NCBI GenBank assembly: GCA_043815505.1
Contig: JBDRIV010000003.1
Coordinates: forward strand, 128,239 to 183,517
Direction: 5' to 3'
Length of the DNA: 55,279 bases
DNA from: a bacterium
GTDB taxonomy: Bacteria > Patescibacteriota > JABMPQ01 > JBDRIV01
Part shown: one piece after another, positions 37,290 through 48,349 of the stretch
How positions within the stretch are numbered: position 1 is the first letter of the stretch
How the letters are laid out: every line of letters starts with the position of its first letter
Position numbers and translations under genes: made by a program
The notes under the pieces: generated by a model
What the model was told of the DNA's origin: nothing
Database searches by the model: none
What the model saw: the letters and a program-made list of their open reading frames with translations, nothing else

Positions 37290-39446
37290 TTAATTGTTGT
37301 TTTTAATTTTAAAATTGTATGCATTAGTTCCTAAAACTCCTTTAGATTTACTAATAATTTTTACTTGTAAAGAAAAATCACCGGCTGATAATTTCTTCAA
37401 ATTTTCTAAAGCAATGACGGACTTGGCATCATTTTTTTCAATCTCTACTGAAGTTGAACCATTTACGATTGGCGTTGAACCTGCTCCTTGTCTAATTTCC
37501 CATTGCATTTCAGTGTCTGTATATTTATTGTCGGTATCATTGATTATCCACAAAGCGACGGAAAATTGCTCACGACTAGTAAAAGTCTCCTGAGTATATT
37601 CTACACTAGGAAGCACTGGTTGAAAACCTATTTTTAGGGCATCATAGCCTTTTTTTAAACCACGCTCATAATCTACTACCGACCAAGTAATAGCTGGCCA
37701 AGGATCAACAAACATAAATTGAAAGCAACCTTTCATACCATCACGTTTAGCACGACGGTATGATTCAATGGCAAATTTTATAAGTCGAGCTTGATACTCT
37801 TGGCTGTTTTTTACAAAATCACTTAGTTTTTGTCCTGAATCAACCTTAGCTATTTTTAACATTGGCTGCGCTTGCCAGTTGTGATATTTCCAACTCTGTG
37901 CTCCTTTATTGGTTTTAAAATCAAGCTCGTCGGGCGTAAACATTTTTTCCAATAATTCAATTCTGGGTAGACTTTGAGCTCCAAACTCTGACACTAAAGG
38001 AAAGCCTGGAGTTTGAGTAAATTCTTTGTAATTACCATAATACCAACCAGGGTATTTGTGAGCATCTGTTGATCCAGAATTTTTAAGAACATGGCGAGAA
38101 TAGTCGGTGGCTAAAACCTTACGATATAGCATTTTATCCAGTTGGTAGTTTTGCCAAGGATTTTTCAAACGCTTGGTTTTTTTCATGGTCATAAACCATG
38201 TGCTCCAAGGTGCTTCGTTGTGACAACACCACAAAAATATTGCGGGATGATTAAATAATAATTCCACCATCTCGCCAATTTGTTTGATCGCTTCTTTTTT
38301 AAAATTATCACTATCAGAATAGCCCCACTGCAAAGGAAAGTCTTGCCAAACAAACAATCCTGCTTCATCACACTGATTATAAAATATTTCTTTTTCAACA
38401 TGAGCATGAACTCTGACAGCATTACAATTAGCTTGTTTTATTAATTCTATATCAGTGGCATATTTTATTTCTGACATTTCTGATAAATACTGGCTACTTA
38501 TATAATTTGTTCCTCGTAAAAATATTTTTTTACCATTAAGTAAAACGTTCCATTTATTATCTACCTTAATTTCTCGGAAACCAAAAGTTACAAGCTGGCT
38601 GGCTTCCAGTTTTTTGTTATGATAAATTTCGACTTCACATTCATATAAATTTTGTTGTCCTAAATCGTGCGTCCACCAGAGCTGTGGTTTTTTTACTTTA
38701 AGAGGAAGTGTAAATTCATTTAAACCATGGGCGATAAGTTTTTCGGTTCTATATTCACTTGCTTGCCCGGTAAAATTTTTGGGACGGACATTTATTTTAA
38801 TATCAGTAAAAGTTGAATCGGGAGAGCGGTTATTTAAAAAGAGATTTACTTTTAGAAGCCCTTCTTTATTGTCTTTGGTGGGATAAGGTGTAATTAGGAT
38901 CTTGTTTAGAGCTAACGATTCTTCACAAGCTAAATAAACATCTTGCCAAATTCCACCACTATTTTTTTCCTGACCTCTTTTGCTCCAAGCACCACCTGGC
39001 CTGCAATCGTGATGATTAAGTACGCCCTTAATGTATTTCTTGTGATCAAACCATGGCTTGCCCTTTTCTTGCAAGCACTCAACCTTAACTACTAAATAAT
39101 TTATTCCCGTTTTGTTTAAATATTTTGTTACTTCAAAACTAAAAGGCTGAAAATATCCTTGGTGTTCACCAAGTTTATGTCCGTTTAACCAAACGGTGGC
39201 CTTATAATCCACTCCTTTGAAATGCAGCATTATAGCCCGAGCGGCACAATGTCTCTCTTCAATGGTAAATTTTTTTCTAAACCAAACTATTTCTTCTTCA
39301 ATATTTTTTATTGTCCAATTGGTAGGAATTATTATATCTGCCCAAGAATCATCAGTAAAGTTTGAATTTACAACATTATCAGAAACTGGCTCAGCGGAAT
39401 ATTTCCACGAACCGTTAAGAGAAATCGTGTTATGCGTTTCTTTCAT
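37290..39446 (-). CDS. Glycoside hydrolase family 2 (beta-mannosidase-like), no signal peptide
   Basis: FKGVDY, FLRGTN, WQDF, HNE acid/base, SEFG nucleophile. Confidence 0.9.
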   Translation of the reverse strand: MKETHNTISLNGSWKYSAEPVSDNVVNSNFTDDSWADIIIPTNWTIKNIEEEIVWFRKKFTIEERHCAARAIMLHFKGVDYKATVWLNGHKLGEHQGYFQPFSFEVTKYLNKTGINYLVVKVECLQEKGKPWFDHKKYIKGVLNHHDCRPGGAWSKRGQEKNSGGIWQDVYLACEESLALNKILITPYPTKDNKEGLLKVNLFLNNRSPDSTFTDIKINVRPKNFTGQASEYRTEKLIAHGLNEFTLPLKVKKPQLWWTHDLGQQNLYECEVEIYHNKKLEASQLVTFGFREIKVDNKWNVLLNGKKIFLRGTNYISSQYLSEMSEIKYATDIELIKQANCNAVRVHAHVEKEIFYNQCDEAGLFVWQDFPLQWGYSDSDNFKKEAIKQIGEMVELLFNHPAIFLWCCHNEAPWSTWFMTMKKTKRLKNPWQNYQLDKMLYRKVLATDYSRHVLKNSGSTDAHKYPGWYYGNYKEFTQTPGFPLVSEFGAQSLPRIELLEKMFTPDELDFKTNKGAQSWKYHNWQAQPMLKIAKVDSGQKLSDFVKNSQEYQARLIKFAIESYRRAKRDGMKGCFQFMFVDPWPAITWSVVDYERGLKKGYDALKIGFQPVLPSVEYTQETFTSREQFSVALWIINDTDNKYTDTEMQWEIRQGAGSTPIVNGSTSVEIEKNDAKSVIALENLKKLSAGDFSLQVKIISKSKGVLGTNAYNFKIKNNN

Positions 39447-39619
39447 AAAATTGTCTTTTTGTTTTGTTTTAAGTAAAAATGCTACTTGTTTAAGCAGCAT
39501 CATTTCATTAATTTCCTACCTTTATTATAACAAATTTTAATATATTTGTCCAGAGTTTTTTGCTTTCCAAACTTGTTAGTGACTGATATAATTCAATATG
39601 AACACCTTTAAGCTTTCTT

Positions 39620-42127
39620 GTGAGTAAAAACATCTCTCGTCTTATAATCGTAGTTGTCTTAGTAACTTGTCTTTTTAGTCCTGCTCTTGGCAAGGTTTTT
39701 GCGATTGATAATTCTACCGACCTTCCTCCTCGTACGCCCCAAGGTCTAAGAGTTTATTCTGAAGATTCGGCTTTAAAAATTGCTTGGCAAGAAAATTTGG
39801 AAGCAGATCTTTTTAGTTATCAAATTAGAGTTTTAGCTGAAGATGATACTGAGGTTTACAACGATACGGTTGGAAAAATTACCGAAGCTACAATTAGCGG
39901 TTTGACTAACGGTTCTTTATATCAAGTTTATTTACAAGCACTTGATATTAAACTACAAGCAAGCGCTGAAACTTCTCCCATTATTATTTCACCAGAACGA
40001 ACTTTAAAACCACGCGAATATCATGTCTCTGCTTGGTTAACAACCAATGAAGATGTACAGGATGCTCGCTATTCTTACGAAAACAACCGCGACTTATATG
40101 ACACTATTAGTCCTTTTTGGTACAACCAAGAAGCTGATGGTAATTTAACCATTAAAGGTGGCGCTCGTGATGTTCACTTAATTAATGATTTGAAAAAACA
40201 CAACATCACCATTATTCCTACCATCACCAACAATTATAACTCGGGAAATAAAACTGGTTTTATGTTAACTCACGAAGAGAGTCGTGCTCGTCATATCAAC
40301 AATATTGTTTACGAAGTAATGACGTATGGTTATGACGGGATTGATTTGGATTACGAAAATGTAAATCCGGAAGACAAGAATGGATTTTCAGAATTAGTGG
40401 AAGAACTAGCAACACTGTTGCATGAAAAAGGTAAACAACTGGTTGTTACTTCACAAGCGAAAAGAGCAGATGGTAATAATTGGCCGGGAGTGGGAGCCAT
40501 GGATTACGAACGCTTAGGACAAGTGGTTGATGAATTTAGAATTATGACTTATGATTTTTCCCGACCCAACACCGAACCTGGACCAATTGCTCCCCCAGAC
40601 TGGATTGGGCAAGCGGCTGACTATGCTGTTAGTAAAATGTTGCCCAGTAAAGTAGTAATGGGAATTCCTTTTTACGGCTATGATTGGTGTGTTTCTGGAG
40701 TTTGCCGTAATAGTGGGATTGTTTGGGACCGAGCTCAATCAATTTTAGATGAAACAACAGAAGAAATTGAAATTAAATGGGACGAATCGGGTCAGGAACC
40801 ATATTTTTCTTATACTGATGATGAATTCAACAACAACGTCGCCTACTTCCAAAACGTTGATAGTATCAGCAAAAAACTTGAGGCTATAACAGCTCGTGGC
40901 GTTAAAGGAGTTGTGATTTGGCGCTTGGGTAGTGAGGATCCAAAAATATTTGATATGATGCGCGACCAGCTTGGTAAAAGACTGCCAGCAATTTATGGCG
41001 TGAGCGTATCTGCTTTAGATAATGGCGTTGATTTAGATTGGGAGGCCACCACCTCTGAGGATTTATTTAATTATCGCGTTACCTTGCTCTCCACTTCTAC
41101 CGATGGTTATGAAACAGCGGTAAATTATGAAGTTGAGGTTCCTGGTTTACTTTTAAACGATTTAGAAAACGATGTAGCTTATTCTGCCATCATAACCGCC
41201 CAAACCGAAGACGGTTCCGAAATTACCAGTAGTCGAGTAATTTCTTTTACTCCTCATGATTTAGTTTTCCCTTACACTATTACTGATCTTGCTATTGAAC
41301 AAATTGGAGAAAATTCTGTTCAGGTTTCTTGGTCGGCTCCGGGTGATAATTTTAAAGACGGTCAGGCGAATCATTATGAAATTCGCTATGACACTGAAAT
41401 AATTACCAATGAAAACTTTGCTTCTGCTAATATTTATGAAGCTGCACCCGGTCCTCTAACCCCTTCTGAAAAACAAGTTTGGGAATTAAGAGATTTGGAA
41501 CCTGATCAAAAATATTATATTGCCATCAAAACCTTTGATGAAGTAGGAAATGTATCTGAAATTTCAAATGTAGTGAAAGCTGTTTTACCAGACAACACTA
41601 TTCCTTCTGCACCAACTGATTTACAAATTGTTCCGGGTGACAAGGAACTAAATTTGACTTGGGGAAAAAGTTCTTCCCAAGATGTGGTTGGTTACCAGAT
41701 TTCTTATCAGGTTTCTGGTGTTGATTATGTAGCGACAGAAACTACTAATTCAAATTACAAAATAACAGGATTAAAAAACAATGAAAGTTATAAAATCATA
41801 GTTTACGCTGTTGATGATAATAATAATTTTAGTGAACCTTTGGTTAGTGATTTTATGTCACCTAGAAAAACTTCATTAACTTCTAAAATGGCGGGATTGT
41901 TGGTCAGTTTTAGCCAAATAAATAGTTTTTGGTGGTATGTTTCTCTAGCCCTAATTTTAGCTTTTGTGTTCTCATATTATGTAGTTGTTATTGGCATGAG
42001 AACACCGCCAAAAGCCAAATCCTATAATTTTTCCTTACCTCAACCAAATTTTTCTGCCATAAATAAATCCTCGACTACCAAAATTAAAAAGAGTGAGGAT
42101 ATTAAAATTAGAAGGGTTGATTTATAA
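39620..42127 (+). CDS. Surface GH18 glycoside hydrolase with fibronectin type III domains
   Basis: Signal peptide; DGIDLDYE catalytic motif, MTYD, WRLG; about 4 Fn3 domains; C-terminal TM. Confidence 0.92.
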   Translation: MSKNISRLIIVVVLVTCLFSPALGKVFAIDNSTDLPPRTPQGLRVYSEDSALKIAWQENLEADLFSYQIRVLAEDDTEVYNDTVGKITEATISGLTNGSLYQVYLQALDIKLQASAETSPIIISPERTLKPREYHVSAWLTTNEDVQDARYSYENNRDLYDTISPFWYNQEADGNLTIKGGARDVHLINDLKKHNITIIPTITNNYNSGNKTGFMLTHEESRARHINNIVYEVMTYGYDGIDLDYENVNPEDKNGFSELVEELATLLHEKGKQLVVTSQAKRADGNNWPGVGAMDYERLGQVVDEFRIMTYDFSRPNTEPGPIAPPDWIGQAADYAVSKMLPSKVVMGIPFYGYDWCVSGVCRNSGIVWDRAQSILDETTEEIEIKWDESGQEPYFSYTDDEFNNNVAYFQNVDSISKKLEAITARGVKGVVIWRLGSEDPKIFDMMRDQLGKRLPAIYGVSVSALDNGVDLDWEATTSEDLFNYRVTLLSTSTDGYETAVNYEVEVPGLLLNDLENDVAYSAIITAQTEDGSEITSSRVISFTPHDLVFPYTITDLAIEQIGENSVQVSWSAPGDNFKDGQANHYEIRYDTEIITNENFASANIYEAAPGPLTPSEKQVWELRDLEPDQKYYIAIKTFDEVGNVSEISNVVKAVLPDNTIPSAPTDLQIVPGDKELNLTWGKSSSQDVVGYQISYQVSGVDYVATETTNSNYKITGLKNNESYKIIVYAVDDNNNFSEPLVSDFMSPRKTSLTSKMAGLLVSFSQINSFWWYVSLALILAFVFSYYVVVIGMRTPPKAKSYNFSLPQPNFSAINKSSTTKIKKSEDIKIRRVDL

Positions 42128-44869
42128 ATTTCCAATCTTTTTCTCGCGCCACCACCAATATGCTCCGACAATCAATAATAATAAACCGGCTGCTAAATAC
42201 AATTGGTTTTTATTTTGTGGCACTAAATTAATTGCACTGGCTAAAATATTTTTATTGGCTGGATTAGCAATTTGATTTTTTATAATATCACTTTCTGTCC
42301 TGCTCAGTATTTTAACTCCGCTTTTGTTTCTAACTTGCACGCCGGTTACGGCCACCTCTTCTTCTTTGGTTGGTTTTTCAAAATCTAAACCAGTTGGTAA
42401 ATTTATATTTATACTTTTTTCTTTAATCAATAAAACAAAACCGACGGAAGTTTTTTTGTCCGCTTGACCGCTTGTCATTACCAATTGACCATCATAATTG
42501 GCTGATAAGTCAGAGATTTTAGCAGTTACTAATTTTTTGTCTTGAATTATTTCAATATTATCTTGCCCTGAAATTATAATATGCTTCTCGCCGTCACGTT
42601 CAGAAAGTCTGCCAGTTACTAGAACCTCGTTTCCGAGTTTTAATTCCGGAAATTTTTCTTGATAGCAAGTTATTTTAATACCATTACTAGCATCTTGAAT
42701 GTAAAGATAATTATCACTATAAGTTTGTGGCTCTAAAATTACCGTTCCCGTTACTAGCACCGCTGAATTTTTATTTTGTTTTTTCGCTTCCGCAATAGAA
42801 ACTTTATTTTCTCCATTTTTACTCATATCCACTCCACTCTTACCATTTTCTTGCCACACATTAGCTGCGCCTGGAGTAAATGAGCTGGTCCATTTCCAGC
42901 CATCTGTGAATTTAGCAAAACTTACGTTTTCTTCAGCTTTTTCCTCATAAGAAATTTCTTCTATTAATTCTTCTTTGGTAGATAATAATCTAACACTATC
43001 ACCATCGTTATTTAGGGCTATTTTTGATTCGCTCCGACTAATAATTTTGTAACTGCCGGATTCGATTATTTGTTCTTCTTCTACCTCGTAAGCCCTACTG
43101 CCACCATCTTTATCATCAATAAAAAAACCAGCTAAATTGATATTGGTGCTTGTAGGATTATAAATTTCTATCCATTCGTTTTGAGTGTCATCACCCTCAG
43201 GATTAGGTAAAAATTCAGTGATTTCTAGGTTGTTTGCAAATGATTGGGTTGTATCATCTTCGTTTGTTTCTTCGTTTTTGTTGAGAGTTTCTTTTTTATT
43301 GTCGGTGTTAGGTGTTAAAATATTTGTCCATTCCCAAGCAGACTCGAAAAGAGAATAAGACTGTCCACTTTCAGCATTATTGTAAGAAATAGTTTGTAAT
43401 AAATCTGCTTCCGGAGAAAACAATTTTATTGTTTCGGCAGAATTGTTTAAAGTAATTTTGGAATCATTATAATAAAAAGTTTTATATTCATTTGGTGCAA
43501 GAATTATTTCCGGCAAAATAAATGTTTTGCCGGAAGCGTCTTCAATTTTAAACTGGAGTAAATTTCTGTTTTCTGTAGTTTGATTGTGAATTTCCAAATA
43601 TTCACCTTCTGTATCACTACCTTCGGGATCAGGCAGAAGTTCAGAAATTATAACACCATTGTGAGCTAGAGGAACAATTGTTATAGAAGAATTTTGTATA
43701 CCGTAGTCGCCGTCTGAATCTTCAGATCTAAATAAAACCTCATGTTCACCAGTCCGATTAATGTCAGCTGAATCAAAACTACCAACAAAATGTTCATCTC
43801 CAGCTATTTCGTCTGGCGCGATACCATCATCATAAAGTTCAATAGTGGTGTTAAGTAAGGTCACGGTAACGTTTTCTAAATCATCTTGGCTATCCGTATC
43901 TCTAACTTTGGCGTGAAACAAAAACGGCTTAGTACGTGGAACTAATATGACATCATCATGCCAAAAACGATAAATATTAGGTTTAGCGTTTAGAACTTCG
44001 ATTTCTGTTTCGGTACTCACCTCACCCCAAGGATCAGCCACATACAAAGTTACAGCATAGTTTCCTTTGTTTTTATAAATATGAAGGGGGTCGGTTTCTT
44101 CTGAAGTTGTTCCATCACCAAAATCCCATAAATATGAGAGCGTGTCGCCATCTGGATCTTCGGAATTAGAACCAATGAATCTAACTTCAAGTGGTGCTGG
44201 ACCGGGTGTATAATTGACTTCAATTACAGCTTCGGGTAATGTATTGCCTCGACTATTCTCGATTCCTGGTGTACCAAATTCTACATCTGCTTCTTTAAAA
44301 CCTTCACTTAAAATAGATGTGTGCCAAGCTGATTCTTCAGTGCCATTGGTAATTGTTTCATTTCTTTCCATGGAAGCCCAGAAATCACCAGATTCATATT
44401 CACCAGATAAAGGATTATCACCATTTCCAGCCTCATCGATTAAATCTCCTACTTCATTAAACAAGGAAATGTGCAGTTCACTATTAGACAAAGAAACTCC
44501 TGTATCCACAAAATCTGGTTCTTCTAAAAGTGCTGAATTAGCATGATTATTATTATAATTTGCTACTACAAAGTGGCTTTCTGCTTCTATTATCGTATTT
44601 GTTGGGAAGGTTATCATTTCCTGTTCACCACTTGATGTTAATCGCCAAATTTCCCAACCAGAAACATCAACGTCCTCTGTGGTGGTGTTTTTAAGCTCTA
44701 GCCATTCGTCAGCTGATGACAAATGTGAACCCATCCACATTAATTCATTAATTACAATTTCTGGTGTATTATTCGCTGCTTTAGCTGGTAATAAATAAAA
44801 ACACCATCCCAGTATTGTCCCCAGAATGGTTAACGCTAGACCAGCATGAAATAAAAAACGTGGTCGCAT
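42122..44869 (-). CDS. Surface protein with three lamin-tail domains, PKD and OB-fold
   Basis: INELMW/ISELLPDP/ITEFLPNP..EW.E repeats; YLWDFGDG; YIQD..GI OB-like; C-terminal TM. Confidence 0.88.
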   Translation of the reverse strand: MRPRFLFHAGLALTILGTILGWCFYLLPAKAANNTPEIVINELMWMGSHLSSADEWLELKNTTTEDVDVSGWEIWRLTSSGEQEMITFPTNTIIEAESHFVVANYNNNHANSALLEEPDFVDTGVSLSNSELHISLFNEVGDLIDEAGNGDNPLSGEYESGDFWASMERNETITNGTEESAWHTSILSEGFKEADVEFGTPGIENSRGNTLPEAVIEVNYTPGPAPLEVRFIGSNSEDPDGDTLSYLWDFGDGTTSEETDPLHIYKNKGNYAVTLYVADPWGEVSTETEIEVLNAKPNIYRFWHDDVILVPRTKPFLFHAKVRDTDSQDDLENVTVTLLNTTIELYDDGIAPDEIAGDEHFVGSFDSADINRTGEHEVLFRSEDSDGDYGIQNSSITIVPLAHNGVIISELLPDPEGSDTEGEYLEIHNQTTENRNLLQFKIEDASGKTFILPEIILAPNEYKTFYYNDSKITLNNSAETIKLFSPEADLLQTISYNNAESGQSYSLFESAWEWTNILTPNTDNKKETLNKNEETNEDDTTQSFANNLEITEFLPNPEGDDTQNEWIEIYNPTSTNINLAGFFIDDKDGGSRAYEVEEEQIIESGSYKIISRSESKIALNNDGDSVRLLSTKEELIEEISYEEKAEENVSFAKFTDGWKWTSSFTPGAANVWQENGKSGVDMSKNGENKVSIAEAKKQNKNSAVLVTGTVILEPQTYSDNYLYIQDASNGIKITCYQEKFPELKLGNEVLVTGRLSERDGEKHIIISGQDNIEIIQDKKLVTAKISDLSANYDGQLVMTSGQADKKTSVGFVLLIKEKSININLPTGLDFEKPTKEEEVAVTGVQVRNKSGVKILSRTESDIIKNQIANPANKNILASAINLVPQNKNQLYLAAGLLLLIVGAYWWWREKKIGNL

Positions 44870-45024
44870 AGGTTTTCCCTTCAGTGTCCCCAGACCACAT
44901 TAAATATTAGATTATATTTCTAATTTAGCAGATATATAAATTTTGGCAAATTATTTAATCCCCAATTTTATTGTACTTTTCCACAACTTATAAACAAATT
45001 AACATTTTTATCCCCAGATTCAGC

Positions 45025-46029
45025 TTAGTTATCCAACATTCTCTTCATGTTTTCCACCATATCAACAGGTGTCGGATCAATGCCATATTCCAATGCTAGA
45101 TAGTAAGATAACCAGTCTCCAAAAACTATGGCTGAGTAGGCTTTTTCTAATTTGTTCTCACCTAACATTTTAATCATGGTTGTTTTATGACCCTTTTCTT
45201 CATAAAGTTTATTTGTGACTTCCATTCTCTTTAAAATTCTAGGGTGGTCTTTGGGATCAAAAAAGGTAATGAAATAAAACTTTATTGGTGAATTTTCATA
45301 GCCATTTATTTCGTTGTGATTTGATTCTGGATAATAATTATAAAAACAAGGGGTTTTAGAATTTTCATTGATTTTAATTTTTACAATTCTTGCCACAGCA
45401 TTCTTGTAAGGATCAGAACAATAAATAATGGGAACCACGCCCTTTATTTCGCCAGCTAGCTTCTTGGCTTCATTTTTGACGTCATAAGACTCAAGGAACT
45501 TTATAAGGTTGTTGATTTCTTTGTCTTTTGGTAAAACACAACCACTATTTATTAAAACCTGTAAAATAGATGTAAATGCATATCCGTTTGCCATTCTTGG
45601 TTGAAAATATTCACCATCATTTGGATATTTCACATAAGGATAATTATTTTCCTCACACCATTCAACTACTTTTCCACCAACTGCAACGCCCACTATATCT
45701 AATCCTAAATTTTTAGCTTTTTCTGCAGCCTCAAGCGGTTCTTCTGTGTTTCCGGAATATGATGATAATATAATCAATACGTTTTCCTTTTCTAATCCCT
45801 CTGGTAAATCGTATGTTCTTACTACATCAAGTTTAAATTCACCAGAAATAACTAAATTAATAATATCTCCCGGGAGAGCGGATCCTCCCATTCCCAAAAT
45901 TATTGCTTTTGAATATTTTGAACCTTTAGCTTTTACACCTTTTGAAAACTTAAGTGCTTTTTTGAATTGATTCGGAAAATTATTTATAACCTGATACATG
46001 TTCGATTTATCTACACTTTGTTTATCCAT
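45025..46029 (-). CDS. Bifunctional phosphoglucose/phosphomannose isomerase
   Basis: GMGGS, SYSGNTEE, QPR, INENSK, PESNHNEI. Confidence 0.93.
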   Translation of the reverse strand: MDKQSVDKSNMYQVINNFPNQFKKALKFSKGVKAKGSKYSKAIILGMGGSALPGDIINLVISGEFKLDVVRTYDLPEGLEKENVLIILSSYSGNTEEPLEAAEKAKNLGLDIVGVAVGGKVVEWCEENNYPYVKYPNDGEYFQPRMANGYAFTSILQVLINSGCVLPKDKEINNLIKFLESYDVKNEAKKLAGEIKGVVPIIYCSDPYKNAVARIVKIKINENSKTPCFYNYYPESNHNEINGYENSPIKFYFITFFDPKDHPRILKRMEVTNKLYEEKGHKTTMIKMLGENKLEKAYSAIVFGDWLSYYLALEYGIDPTPVDMVENMKRMLDN

Positions 46030-46510
46030 ATAAGTTATCCCTTAGTAATAGTTAGTCTCTTATATATAAATTAATAATAACGTAATAAGTGATGTTGATA
46101 TCTTGATAAGTCATTTACTTGTTTTATTTTAGACCTTTTATAGTGTTTTGAAAATGGGTTTAACTTGGACAAAAGCTGTATATGTTGGAATAATTTATTT
46201 TACTTAAAATATTGCCATACTTTTGAACCTTTTGTGAACAATAAAAAGGAGAAATTCTTAACAGTAAAGGGATGGTTATTAAACAAATATTAACCGGCTA
46301 TATACAGTAAAAGTTATCCACAGGTTGTAAATAATAATAAATTGGCTTATTTAAAGTAAAATTAGCCTGTTTTGTGTATAAAGAAAAGTTGGTATATAAC
46401 TGTAGACGAAATTCTGACAAACAAAAGCTATATATTAAGCCAAGTAGTATATGTTTGTAGCTTGCGGTTGACAACATTTGAGCGTAACATACAATGTGTA
46501 TAACGTTTAA
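46030..46510. other. Candidate replication origin (DnaA-box cluster)
   Basis: TTATCCACA 46314-46322; TGTGTATAA 46373 and 46495; TGTGAACAA 46233; TGTAAATAA 46326; long AT-rich intergenic region. Confidence 0.6.
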
Positions 46511-46519
46511 ATTAAAAAA

Positions 46520-47257
46520 ATGATACTAAAAACCCTAGAATCCGTAGGTTTAAGCCAAAAAGAAGCTTATGTTTATATGTCTTCCCTGCAAATTGGTCCT
46601 TCACCAGTGCGAAAAATAGCTGAAAGTGCCGGAATTAACCGCGGAACAACCTATGATATTTTAAAATCCTTACAAGAAAAAGGGCTGGTTTCTTACTATC
46701 ACAAAGATAAAAACCAGTATTTTATTGCTGAAAACCCCCAAAGACTGCAAGAATACGTGAAAATTAGAAAACAAGAACTGGATGGCGTAAAAAGCAAATT
46801 AACAGAAATAATGCCAGAATTAAAATCTGTGCACAATGATGCTACAACCAAACCGGTTGTGAAATATTTTGAAGGTGATTTGGGGGTCGTAACGGTTTTA
46901 AAAGATGTAATTGAAACCTGTTCTGCTAGCATGCGCCATTATTATGCTTTTTCTTCTTCGATTGTAAAAGGATATTTGTATAAAGCTTACAAAGATTTTA
47001 ATAAAGATCGAATTAAAAACAGTATTAGCGTGCAGACAATTTCTATTGGACCGGGTGGTGAAACGGCTGGATTGGATGAAAGAAAGTGGTTGACGGAAAA
47101 AGAAGGCTCCCCCGCTTACATTTTAATTTATGAAAATAAAGTTGCCCAAATTTCTGTTAATGCTAGTGGCGAACCATTTGGAATAATTATGGAAGATAAA
47201 AATATTTACGAAACACAGAAACTTTTGTTTGAACACATTTGGAAAACATTGGAATAA
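46520..47257 (+). CDS. TrmB family transcriptional regulator
   Basis: GLSQKEAYVY..IA..GINRGTTYDIL..L.EKGLV; V.YFEG. Confidence 0.92.
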   Translation: MILKTLESVGLSQKEAYVYMSSLQIGPSPVRKIAESAGINRGTTYDILKSLQEKGLVSYYHKDKNQYFIAENPQRLQEYVKIRKQELDGVKSKLTEIMPELKSVHNDATTKPVVKYFEGDLGVVTVLKDVIETCSASMRHYYAFSSSIVKGYLYKAYKDFNKDRIKNSISVQTISIGPGGETAGLDERKWLTEKEGSPAYILIYENKVAQISVNASGEPFGIIMEDKNIYETQKLLFEHIWKTLE

Positions 47258-47362
47258 TCTAGAGAGAATAGGAGTTGGGAGGACGACTTCATTCCTTTCG
47301 AGATTATCTCGAAAACTGAACCTTGAAATCAAAAAACTTCAGATAGAATAGCGAGGTGAAAG

Positions 47363-48349
47363 ATGAGAAACAAAGCTGTTGATGTGGTGGTGGGATTTTC
47401 GGTCAATCCGGAAATTACCATGACTTACAAAAATCTAGGCAGAAAACTTCCTGTTCAGAAAAGAAAGGATGGTATATCTGGAACATCGGCCGACGTAGCT
47501 TTCTGGTTGAAAGAATTTGGTATTTCTACCAAACTTTTGGCCAGCGTTGGAGTGGGAGATATTTTTACCGAAATGGTGAAGAGTATTAAAAGCATTCCTG
47601 GTTTGTCAGTGAAGCTGTTACCAATCAGGGAACGGACACCACTGGCGGTTGTGACCATCGACGAAGACGAAAAAACAGTTCGGCATTACTCCGATAAAGC
47701 ACCCGTGCTAAAAGAAAAGGTTGCTGATGCCAAAGGAATTATTGGAGCTTTTGTCAGTCGAACCGAAACAAAGATTCAGGTGGTTACTGGTGTGATGCCA
47801 GAAGATGCCTTCCTAGTGAAGGCACTTTTTGCCACTCGTACCCGAAACCAGCCTTATCGCATCATGAATCCGCGCGCTGCTTTTCTTTTTCCTGAACACC
47901 GTTTTGCTTTGAGTAAAATCTTGGCAAGTGTGGACATAATTGTTCTGAATCACCTTGAGCTTGGTTGTTTTGCGGGCGAAGAATTAAATGGTCCCGAGTC
48001 AATTAAAGCCTCGGTTGGAGGTCTGCACGAACTTGGTCCGAAAGTGGTGGTGGTAACTTGCGCTGAACGTGGTGCTTGGCTTTTTGAAAAAGACCAACAA
48101 CCATTTCATCAGGAAGCTACCCTCGTCGGTTCTATCAAAGATGACACTGGATCCGGTGACGCTTTCATGGCTGGTTTAATCACTGGCAGGCTTTCTGGTT
48201 GGACTTTCCAAGAGTCTATGCCACTGGCCGCTCTCTTTTCTGCCTTTTCGCTCACGCACTACGGTGGTTCGAGTGTAACCAACGGCAAAGATGTGCTGAA
48301 GAAATGGCATCAGCTGTATCCTGAAGCAAGGAAGGTGTGTTGTGAGTAA
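47363..48349 (+). CDS. PfkB family carbohydrate kinase (divergent)
   Basis: N..E, VVT..ERGA, DDTGSGDAF. Confidence 0.85.
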   Translation: MRNKAVDVVVGFSVNPEITMTYKNLGRKLPVQKRKDGISGTSADVAFWLKEFGISTKLLASVGVGDIFTEMVKSIKSIPGLSVKLLPIRERTPLAVVTIDEDEKTVRHYSDKAPVLKEKVADAKGIIGAFVSRTETKIQVVTGVMPEDAFLVKALFATRTRNQPYRIMNPRAAFLFPEHRFALSKILASVDIIVLNHLELGCFAGEELNGPESIKASVGGLHELGPKVVVVTCAERGAWLFEKDQQPFHQEATLVGSIKDDTGSGDAFMAGLITGRLSGWTFQESMPLAALFSAFSLTHYGGSSVTNGKDVLKKWHQLYPEARKVCCE

